Part shown: piece by piece, positions 1 to 64,000 of the stretch
Layout of the letters: each line of letters begins with the position of its first letter
Numbering within the stretch: the stretch's first letter is position 1
NCBI GenBank assembly: GCA_964016885.1
Contig: OZ024745.1
Coordinates: 121,768,001 to 121,832,000 of the forward strand
Direction: 5' to 3'
Source: Eledone cirrhosa
Lineage: Eukaryota
Length of the DNA stretch: 64,000 bases
Program-made: the position numbers and the translations under genes
Notes under the pieces: model-generated
The model's input: the letters and a program-made list of their open reading frames with translations, nothing else
Databases searched by the model: none
What the model was told of the DNA's origin: nothing

Positions 1-443
1 AACATTGTTTCTCTCTTGTTGGTGGTTGTCAAGGCTACATACCCACCTAGTTACCAGAAGCTAGAATATTATAGATTTCTCACTTATATATATAAAGGCG
101 TGTGGCTGAGGGGTTAGAGAATTGGATTCACAATCTTGAGGTTGTGAGTTCGATTTCCGGACCAGGCGATCCTTGAGCAAGAGACTTAATTTCATATTCC
201 TCCTTCTACCTGGATTTGCAACTGATAGATAGTATTAGCAATTGGAAAGACCAATGAAAACATTGTTTTCTGAGTTTGATTTGATGAGCTTCACCCTATT
301 CGTTAAGCGAATGAGGTCTGGGATCATGTCAATCGACTGTCGAATGTTGGTATATGAGCTGACGAAGCTCATTTGCATACAGAGTGGCAGCCAGCCCAGC
401 TTTAATTAACAATTAGTATTGACGCTCCAACAAAACATTATGT

Positions 444-790
444 ATCATCATCATTCATCATTTCATTTTACGTCCGCTTTTTCCCTGCTTGCAAGGGTGG
501 GACGGGAACTGATTCTGGCTTGATTTCTACAGCTGGATGCCCTTCCTAACACCAACCTCATTTACAGTGAGTGCTGGGTGCTTTTTTGCCGTGGCACCTC
601 CACGACCACTTTGCAGTGGAATGATAGGGACCCCAGTCCCTATCATCTCATTTCTACAGCTGAGTAAACTGGAGCAATGTGAAATAAAGTCTCTTGCTCA
701 AGGAAACAACACATTACCCGGTCTGAGAATTGAACTCACAACCTTTCGATTGCAAGGCCAATGCTCTAACCACTAAGCCATGTGCCTCCA
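444..790 (-). mobile_element. tRNA-derived SINE family A, full length
   Basis: Head tggaggcacatggcttagtggttagagc (A box) ... gagttcaattc (B box); (gat)n tail; near-identical to 59124-59471. Confidence 0.85.
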
Positions 791-925
791 TTGTATATAT
801 ATATGTATAGTATATTTGGTAATATACTGTATGTTTAATTAAAAACATTTTGAAGACCTTCCGCTATTATTTTAAAGTAGTGACTATGTCACTTACTTCT
901 TTTTTCAGCAAAGGAAGGGAGAGAA

Positions 926-965
926 GCTGACAGATCTGTTTCACACTGTTGGTGTTCCTCAGAGC
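926..965 (-). ncRNA. Type I hammerhead ribozyme (solo)
   Basis: gct CTGAGGA acac-caaca-gtgt GAAA cagatctg TC agc: complete core, 4-bp stem II, palindromic helix III, GUC triplet, but stem I is only 3 bp. Confidence 0.7.
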
Positions 966-1097
966 AACGTACTCGCTGACCTCTGCCGAAAATTATAGAG
1001 GCTGGATTCTTATAGAATTCCAGTAATAATCAGGAACTGATTATACAGAGCGATTGCCAGTCCAGCAAAAATTAAAAATGACAGAGCACCAATCCTA

Positions 1098-1134
<37 letters not shown>

Positions 1135-1611
1135 ATGTCTATTTCATATTACTTTTTAGTAAATGCTGTTGTTGGATCTTCATAATTTCTCATGAGGAGT
1201 ACTGGTTCAATCAACAAAACTGCCTGCTTGTGAAATCAACGTGCAAGTGACTGAGCATCCCACAAACACATGCACCCTTAATGTAGTTCTTAGGGATATT
1301 CAACATAACACAGTGTGTGACAAGGCTGGCCCCTTCAATTACAGGTACAAACTCATTTTTGCCAGTTGAGTGAACTGGAGCAACAGAAAATAAAGTGTCT
1401 TGCCCAAGGAAACAACATGTCACTTGGAATGGTAATCAAACTCACGACCTTATGATCATAAGTCAAACACCTTACCCATTTAACCATGCATAATAAAGTA
1501 ACAATAAACAATAATAAAGTCGAAAAAATCACAAGATTTTAACCATAAATGCATTTCTGTTTCACTGGAGATTTTCACTGTGAAAATCTTAGATTCCTAT
1601 TTGAAAGTAAA

Positions 1612-1912
1612 ATAATTGTTTCTACTTTTGGCACAAGGCCAGCAATTATCCCAGTGTATTACTGGTACTTTATTTTATCGACCCCGTAAGGATGAAAGGC
1701 AAAGTTAACCTCGGCGGGATAAATAATTGTTTCTACTTTAGGCACAAGGCCAGCAAATTACCCAGTGCATTACTGGTACTTTATTTTATCGACCCCGTAA
1801 GGATGAAAGGCAAAGTCAACCTCGGCGGGATTTGAACTCAGATCGTAAAGGGACGTAACTATGCTGGAAAGCATGGCGTCCGACCCTCTACCGATACTGC
1901 CAATCCACCACC
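1612..1912 (-). mobile_element. tRNA-derived SINE family B with tandemly duplicated 3' half
   Basis: Reverse complement of ggtggattggcagtatcggtagag...gagttcaaatccc...gcctttcatccttacggggtcgataaaataaagtaccag...gaaacaattatt. Confidence 0.8.
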
Positions 1913-2132
1913 ACCCACTCGGCGGGATAAATAATGCCAACCAGTATTAAGTATGTTAATACAACTTAACTATTTATTGCATGAATGGTATCTCTGAATT
2001 ATATAACATATATGTACCCGTAACTCCCTAGGGAGTTATAGGTGTGCCATATTGACATATGGCCGTTTTAGGGCATTTTAAAACCTAACAGGGCCCATCT
2101 TCTCTCCACATCTGAATACAACAGATTTCATC

Positions 2133-5100
2133 CAGAGAAGGATAGAGAGTGAGAGAGATAGAGAGAGTGAGAGAATGGAAGTGAGAGAGAGATAGAGAGA
2201 GTGAGAGAATGGAAGTGAGAGAGAGATAGAGAGAGTGAGAGAATGGAAGTGAGAAAGAGATAGAGAGAGTGAGAGAATAGAAGTGAGAGAGAGAAAGAGA
2301 GAGTGAGAGAATGGAAGTGAGAGAGAGATAGAGAGAGTGAGAGAATGGAAGTGAGAGAGAGATAGAGAGAGTGAGAGAATGGAAGTGAGAAAGAGATAGA
2401 GAGAGTGAGAGAATGGAAGTGAGAGAGAGAATGGAAGTGAGAGAGAGAGAGATAGAGAGAGTGAGAGAATGGAAGTGAGAGAGAGATAGTGAGAGAATAG
2501 AAGTTAGAGAGAGTGAGAGAATGGAAGTGAGAGAGAGATAGAGAGAGAGAGAATGGAAGTGAGAAAGAGATAGAGAGAGTGAGAGAATGGAAGTGAGAGA
2601 GAGAATGGAAGTGAGAGAGAGATAGAGAGAGTGAGAGAATGGAAGTGAGAAAGAGATAGAGAGAGTGAGAGAATGGAAGTGAGAGAGAGAATGGAAGTGA
2701 GAGAGAGATAGAGAGAGTGAGAGAATGGAAGTGAGAGAGAGATAGAGAGAGTGAGAGAATGGAAGTGAGAAAGAGATAGAGAGAGTGAGAGAATGGAAGT
2801 GAGAAAGAGATAGAGAGAGTGAGAGAATGGAAGTGAGAAAGAGATAGAGAGAGTGAGAGAATGGAAGTGAGAGAGAGATAGAGAGTGAGAGAATGGAAGT
2901 GAGAGAGAGATAGAGAGAGTGAGAGAATGGAAGTGAGAGAGAGATAGAGAGAGTGAGAGAATGGAAGTGAGAGAGAGATAGAGAGAGTGAGAGAATGGAA
3001 GTGAGAGAGAGATAGAGAGAGTGAGAGAATGGAAGTGAGAGAGAGATAGAGAGAGTGAGAGAATGGAAGTGAGAGAGAGATAGAGAGAGTGAGAGAATGG
3101 AAGTGAGAGAGAGATAGAGAGAGTGAGAGAATGGAAGTGAGAGAGAGATAGAGAGAGTGAGAGAATGGAAGTGAGAGAGAGATAGAGAGAGTGAGAGAAT
3201 GGAAGTGAGAGAGAGATAGAGAGAGTGAGAGAATGGAAGTGAGAGAGAGATAGAGAGAGTGAGAGAATGGAAGTGAGAGAGAGATAGAGAGAGTGAGAGA
3301 ATGGAAGTGAGAGAGAGATAGAGCGAGTGAGAGAATGGAAGTGAGAAAGAGATAGAGCGAGTGAGAGAATGGAAGTGAGAAAGAGATAGAGCGAGTGAGA
3401 GAATGGAAGTGAGAAAGAGATAGAGCGAGTGAGAGAATGGAAGTGAGAGAGAGATAGAGAGAGTGAGAGAATGGAAGTGAGAAAGAGATAGAGAGAGTGA
3501 GAGAATGGAAGTGAGAGAGAGATAGAGAGAGTGAGAGAATGGAAGTGAGAAAGAGATAGAGAGAGTGAGAGAATGGAAGTGAGAAAGAGATAGAGAGAGT
3601 GAGAGAATGGAAGTGAGAAAGAGATAGAGCGAGTGAGAGAATGGAAGTGAGAAAGAGATAGAGCGAGTGAGAGAATGGAAGTGAGAAAGAGATAGAGCGA
3701 GTGAGAGAATGGAAGTGAGAAAGAGATAGAGCGAGTGAGAGAATGGAAGTGAGAAAGAGATAGAGCGAGTGAGAGAATGGAAGTGAGAGAGAGATAGTGA
3801 GAGAATGGAAGTGAGAGAGAGAATGGAAGTGAGAGAGAGATAGAGAGAGTGAGAGAATGGAAGTGAGAGAGAGATAGAGAGAGTGGAAGTGAGAAAGAGA
3901 TAGAGAGAGTGAGAGAATGGAAGTGAGAGAGAGATAGTGAGAGAATGGAAGTGAGAGAGAGAATGGAAGTGAGAGAGAGATAGAGAGAGTGAGAGAATGG
4001 AAGTGAGAAAGAGATAGAGCGAGTGAGAGAATGGAAGTGAGAAAGAGATAGAGAGAGTGAGAGAATGGAAGTGAGAAAGAGATAGAGAGAGTGAGAGAGA
4101 TAGAGAGAGTGAGAGAATGGAAGTGAGAGAGAGATAGTGAGAGAATGGAAGTGAGAGAGAGAATGGAAGTGAGAGAGAGATAGAGAGAGTGAGAGAATGG
4201 AAGTGAGAGAGAGATAGAGAGAGTGAGAGAATGGAAGTGATAGAGAGATAGAGAGAGTGAGAGAATGGAAGTGAGAGAGAGAGTGAGAGAATGGAAGTGA
4301 GAAAGAGATAGAGAGAGTGAGAGAATGGAAGTGAGAAAGAGATAGAGAGAGTGAGAGAATGGAAGTGAGAGAGAGATAGAGAGAGTGAGAGAATGGAAGT
4401 GAGAGAGAGATAGAGAGAGTGAGAGAATGGAAGTGAGAAAGAGATAGAGAGAGTGAGAGAATGGAAGTGAGAAAGAGATAGAGAGAGTGAGAGAATGGAA
4501 GTGAGAAAGAGATAGAGAGAGTGAGAGAATGGAAGTGAGAAAGAGATAGAGAGAGTGAGAGAATGGAAGTGAAAAAGAGATAGAGAGAGTGAGAGAATGG
4601 AAGTGAGAAAGAGATAGAGAGAGTGAGAGAATGGAAGTGAGAAAGAGATAGAGAGAGTGAGAGAATGGAAGTGAGAAAGAGATAGAGAGAGTGAGAGAAT
4701 GGAAGTGAGAAAGAGATAGAGAGAGTGAGAGAATGGAAGTGAGAAAGAGATAGAGAGAGTGAGAGAATGGAAGTGAGAAAGAGATAGAGAGAGTGAGAGA
4801 ATGGAAGTGAGAAAGAGATAGAGAGAGTGAGAGAATGGAAGTGAGAAAGAGATAGAGAGAGTGAGAGAGATAGAGAGAGTGAGAGAATGGAAGTGAGAGA
4901 GAGATAGAGAGAGAATGGAAGTGAGAGAGAGAGAGTGAGAGAATGGAAGTGAGAGAGAGATAGTGAGAGAATGGAAGTGAGAGAGAGATAGAGAGAGTGA
5001 GAGAATGGAAGTGAGAGAGAGATAGAGAGAGTGGAAGTGAGAAAGAGATAGAGAGAGTGAGAGAATGGAAGTGAGAGAGAGAATGGAAGTGAGAGAGAGA

Positions 5101-6348
5101 TAGAGAGAGTGAGAGAATGGAAGTTAGAGAGAGTGAGAGAATGGAAGTTAGAGAGAGTGAGAGAATGGAAGTGAGAGAGAGATAGAGAGAGTGAGAGAAT
5201 GGAAGTGAGAGAGAGAGTGAGAGAATGGAAGTGAGAAAGAGATAGAGAGAGTGAGAGAATGGAAGTGAGAGACAGATAGAGAGAGTGAGAGAATGGAAGT
5301 GAGAGAGAGATAGAGAGAGTGAGAGAATGGAAGTGAGAAAGAGATAGAGAGTGAGAGAATGGAAGTGAGAAAGAGATAGAGAGAGTGAGAGAATGGAAGT
5401 GAGAAAGAGATAGAGAGAGTGAGAGAATGGAAGTGAGAGAGAGATAGAGAGAGTGAGAGAATGGAAGTTAGAGAGAGTGAGAGAATGGAAGTTAGAGAGA
5501 GTGAGAGAATGGAAGTGAGATAGAGAGAGTGAGAGAATGGAAGTGAGAGAGAGAGAGAGAGATAGAGAGATAGAGAGAGTGAGAGAATGGAAGTGAGAAA
5601 GAGATGGAGAGAGTGAGAGAATGGAAGTGAGAAAGAGATAGAGAGAGTGAGAGAATGGAAGTGAGATAGAGAGAGTGAGAGAATGGAAGTGAGATAGAGA
5701 GAGTGAGAGAATGGAAGTGAGAGAGATAGAGAGAGTGAGAGAATGGAAGTGAGAAAGAGATAGAGAGAGTGAGAGAATGGAAGTGAGAAAGAGATAGAGA
5801 GAGTGAGAGAATGGAAGTGAGATAGAGAGAGTGAGAGAATGGAAGTGAGAGAGAGATAAAGAGAGTGAGAGAATGGAAGTGAGAGAGAGATAGAGAGAGT
5901 GAGAGAATGGAAGTGAGAGAGAGATAGAGAGAGTGAGAGAATGGAAGTGAGAGAGTGAGAGAATGGAAGTGAGATAGAGAGAGTGAGAGAATGGAAGTGA
6001 GAGAGAGATAGAGAGAGTGAGAGAATGGAAGTGAGAGAGAGAGAGAGAGATAGAGAGAGTGAGAGAATGGAAGTGAGAAAGAGATAGAGAGAGTGAGAGA
6101 ATGGAAGTTAGAGAGAGTGAGAGAATGGAAGTGAGAGAGAGATAGAGAGAGTGAGAGAATGGAAGTGAGAGAGAGAGAGAGAGATAGAGAGAGTGAGAGA
6201 ATGGAAGTGAGAAAGAGATAGAGAGAGTGAGAGAATGGAAGTGAGAAAGAGATAGAGAGAGTGAGAGAATGGAAGTGAGATAGAGAGAGTGAGAGAATGG
6301 AAGTGAGATAGAGAGAGTGAGAGAATGGAAGTGAGAAAGAGATAGAGA
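2133..6348. repeat. Purine-rich minisatellite, about 34-bp unit gagagaatggaagtgagaaagagatagagagagt
   Basis: About 4.2 kb tandem array with GA-length variants. Confidence 0.95.
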
Positions 6349-7009
6349 GGAAGACTCCATTTGGTAAATCATTTTATGAATGTATGTTGAGTAAAGCTAT
6401 ATCATCATCATCATCATTGTCGATTCACATCTATCTTCCACGTTAGCATGGGTTAGACGGGTTTGTCCTAATTAGAGGCAAGTTGGGTCGGGTGACCATG
6501 TCTCGCTCATATAGGAGAGTTTCTGGCTGGTTTTCTACGGCTGGATGCCCTTCCTAACGCCAACACAACACAGTGGGGACTAGGGAGAGTGGAGAGGCTT
6601 GGGGAAAAAAGATGTGGACAGGGTAGTAGGGGAGGTATGGTTACCGCTAAGGGAGGTGGATGAGAGGGGATAGCAGGCTGAGGACGGTGTTGCCTACTAG
6701 GTATAAGCCTCATCCTGAGAACAATAGAGGGTGGGTCTTCCGTAAAACTGCATAATGCCAGAGGTTGCTGTCTGGCCAGTTTTACTGAAGACCCGCCATC
6801 TATAGACTTAATGTAAGCAAATATCATATAAACGTAGCTGATCTCTTGGACTATTATGAAGTTAATGTAAGATATTGGGTGCTCCTGCATGGAGATGCTA
6901 AAAAATAGCTTACAAAATAGGGTGAAGCCCCTTAGAGACAGAAAAAAAAGTTGCCACTTTTATATATTTAAGTTTGGTTTATGATGTGTTAAATATATAA
7001 TGAAATTAC

Positions 7010-60488
<53,479 letters not shown>

Positions 60489-60811
60489 CTGAAAAATAAA
60501 TAATGGGAACATTATATATGATACATAAAACATATATGAGATTTTGACAAAAGTTAGTACAAAACTCTCATGCCCTATTTGTCAAGTAAGTTTGAAAATA
60601 AAGTTGCATACTCTTTTACTACAAGTTGGCAGTGGCCATCATATACTGTTTCAGACAGGAGCTTTTATACAATCACTTGACCTGCTAGAAGTATCAACCA
60701 AGTATTTCTCAAATCACACCATACCATCTTAAAACAAAAGACAGAATATACTTGATAATGTAGTCCTAAATATCCTGTGTCAAAAAAATAACACAATGGT
60801 TATGTAAGTAA

Positions 60812-61222
60812 CACAACAAAAAGCACCCAGTCCACACTGTAAAGTGGTCGTATAGGTGTCACAACAAAAAGCACCCAGTCCACACTGTAAAGTGGTCGTG
60901 TAGGTATCACAACAAAAAGTACCTAGTACACACTGTAAAGTGGTCGTGTAGGTGTCACGACAAAAGGTACCCAGTCCACATGTAAAGTGGTAGTGTAGGT
61001 GTCACAACAAAAAGTTCCCAGTCTACACTGTAAAGTGGTAGTGTAGGTATCACAACAAAAAGTTCCCAGTCTACACTGTAAAGTGGTAGTGTAGGTGTCA
61101 CAACAAAAAGTTCCCAGTCTACACTGTAAAGTGGTAGTGTAGGTGTCATGACAAAAAGTCCCCAGTCTACACTGTAAAGTGGTAGTGTAGGTGTCACGAC
61201 AAAAAGTACCCAGTCTCCACTG
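60812..61222. repeat. 48-bp tandem repeat, about 8 copies, in a SINE body
   Basis: Unit cacaacaaaaagcacccagtccacactgtaaagtggtcgtgtaggtgt, followed by a SINE tail to about 61389. Confidence 0.9.
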
Positions 61223-64000
61223 TCAATGTGGTTGTCGTTAGGAAGGGCATCCAGCCATACAAACCAAGCCAAAATCGGTTCTGTATGAGTGAATCACAGT
61301 CCCCTGATCTGATCACTCACAAAGGGACAGCCTGTCCAACCCATGCTAGCATGGAAGATGGACGTTAAATGATGATGATGATGATGATGGTCACAGAGAA
61401 TGGTCTGCAGAAATACAGAGAAAGATACAGGCACTGGAAATGAGATGCAACAACATCTTAGACATCTCATATGTAGATCATATCACAAATGCAAAACAAT
61501 CCAATATCACAATGCCCCACCACCACCATCACCATCATCATCCCCTCACATCAATGAAGGATAGAAAGCTGAGATAGCATGGTCATGTTCAAGATCCATT
61601 ATTAACTACTACTAAAGTCATCCACTTGTTTGAGGTGACATGATAAAACCTTTTCATCTCATATAATTCAACTTTAACTGCCTCAGCTCTTCACTGGATA
61701 ATTCTGTATCTTCCTCAATGACTCTCTTTAATGTCCTGAGAGGTCTTCTACATTTGTGTTTCGCATTAGTGGGCTCTCATAGTAAAAGTTTTGTAGCAGG
61801 TTCATTGCCTCTCATGATATTACCTGCAAGTTGAAGACACCTGACACAGATACTAATGGGCGGGAGATTGCTATAGAAAATTTTGTTTTTAATGTACAAT
61901 CAAGAGGTTTGATGTTTATTTTCCTACATTTGTGTGTAGCAACCATCTAAAGCTTTGGTGATAGGTAGTCGTAGTTACATTGGCAGATATCAACAGAAAT
62001 CCATTGGTATTGCAAAAAAACATTCTACAAGGAACTGTGGAAGGGAAGGGAGATGGATAAGAGGAAAAGATGGACAGACGGCATCAAAAAATGTACAGCC
62101 AAATCCTTAGCAGAGAGCCAACATCTGGTACACAGCTGCGATGGAGAACACTAGTGCACAGAATGTCACAACAGTGCCCTTACAACTTAATCAGGAGTTC
62201 AGGGAAAAAGCAAATAAGGTCTGTCCAACAACAATAACTATTTCTAATGCTGGAAAGCTTTTATCTACCACAAAAATATTATTGAGATACTGGAACACAT
62301 GGCAATGCTTTGATAAGCTGTACAATGAATTTTTTCTGTAAAGAAATACTGTTGTCCCCTGGTAGTTGTAGGGGTTTCATTCCTAGAGCACTTGTGAAAA
62401 GTGAAAAACCCACGAATATTGGACATGGTCCATAAAAATGCCTATAAACATCAAAATATAATGTAAAATATGGGCCAGCAAATACGGTATATTGTTATTA
62501 ATAATTTAGTGTTAAAAAGCGTGAAAAAATATATATTGCCACGAAAAAAGCATTAAAAAATCGCGGAAGATATTTACAATTCCGTGAATATGCGGTGGTT
62601 TCTACGAACAATTATTGGTTAGGTTCTAAGGAAAATTCCATGACTAACCGGGACAGCAAATGCCTTACAAAAATAGTCAGACATACATTCACACAAACAT
62701 TCACACAAACACATACATACATTCACACACACACATACATTCACAGAAACACACACATATGTATTCACACAAACACACATATATACATTCACACAAACAC
62801 ACACATACATTCACACAAACACATACACACATACACTGCATAACAAATGGAACGCCAGCTGGTATTTTGCTATAGTGTTTTCACCATCCCCTTGCCTTCT
62901 TTTTACACACACATTCACACAGGCAGCAAACATAAAGAGAGAGGAGTAGTATGAGGTAGTTAAACTACTCCTCTCTCTTTGTGTTGTGACAGAATCAAAG
63001 AAATTTATATATAGATAACCCTTTCATTACCATAGCCTAAAAAAAAAGCAACACTTATGTATTTCAATTCTTTCTTTTGTAAAAATAGGCCTTAACCTTG
63101 ACATACCATGAAATATAGGTCAAAAGTATAAATTGTTTTGTTACTAATTTTTACTTTCACTCTTGTATTTTTAATTTTCACTGCATTAGCTTTCCCAAAA
63201 CAACCATAGCCACAAAATAAATAAGAATTTGAGATGATTTAGTAAAATAAGTACCTTTTTCACTATTAAGCTGGTGTTTGGAAGAAGTTTATTTTAGATA
63301 AATATCAACATTTTAACACAGTCTTGTATAATGGGACTAAGGGTAATTTCAAGAGCTTTGACATAAACAGACAGGGTTAACAAAGGTTTTTACATAAAAT
63401 TATGTTGAAACGTTTTTAGAAAATTATAAACATTTAAAAACGAACAGCTTTGTATTGTAGAACAAAGGGCTATTTCAGACTTGCTTGTCATTTACTTTAC
63501 AGTATTTGTTCCAGTATTTGTTCCAACTTTGTTGTTTAACCCTTTAGCATTTAAACTGGCCAGAATTCTCGCCTCTTTCCGTTCAAACCGGCCGAAACTG
63601 GTCACTCATACTGATATTAAGGTATTGTTCTCAAAATAATAATATTAAAATCTCATAGATTCGGTATTATGTGAGATAAAGCCTTTACTATGAAAATATA
63701 ATAGTAAATATTGAATAATGTAAATGTTAAAGGGTTAATTTTATCAACCTGGAAGGATGAAAGGCAATCTCAGGCAGTGGATTGGTAGAATTGTTATATC
63801 ATTCGATGACCTTACCATATCCATCCATCCGTTCTTTGCATCTTTAGTTCAAATTCTGCTGAAGCCCTACTTGAATGATAGATTTAATACTTTTGATATC
63901 AAAACTGTCCCAATTCTATGATGAAAAAACCTCCTATTTTAAAGAATTTATATTTAACACTTTAATGTTCAAACTGGCCAAAACTGGCCTGAATTCTCAA

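Noticed and set aside
355-402. Possible hammerhead (CTGACGA-agctc...gagt)
   Set aside because: GAAA is replaced by GGCA and the stems are unconvincing; at best a dead remnant
2128-6372. 1414-aa S/L/H/F-rich ORF
   Set aside because: It is the translation of the 34-bp purine satellite; it lacks stops because of base composition
1-7009. Next myosin exon (V.Y...FL.KN.D)
   Set aside because: Not found by eye on the minus strand; presumed to lie beyond the left edge of the window
62952-62960. let-7-like TGAGGTAGT
   Set aside because: Only 9 nt match, and it sits in the hairpin loop rather than an arm

Overview
AT-rich, repeat-dense animal genomic DNA. The SINE, MITE and microsatellite landscape resembles octopus/coleoid cephalopod, but that is an inference. 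The window lies within one large minus-strand gene. I traced 13 GT-AG exons (7010-60488; 1386 nt, 462 codons, all phase-consistent) encoding most of an unconventional myosin motor domain of the class III-like group, including P-loop GESGAGKT, switch [10 protein letters not shown] and switch II DIFGFE. The gene continues beyond both window edges. Its introns contain an intact 710-aa Penelope-like retroelement ORF (RT plus GIY-YIG, probably Naiad-type) bracketed by type I hammerhead ribozyme motifs, further solo and degenerate hammerheads mostly on the pre-mRNA strand, and a 271-bp foldback with hammerhead-like cores in both arms. They also contain RTE and R4/Dong-type LINE fragments, two tRNA-derived SINE families, piggyBac-, hAT- and pogo-type MITEs, and several kb-scale mini/microsatellites, some of which arose inside transposons. 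Most long ORFs in the supplied track are repeat artefacts.
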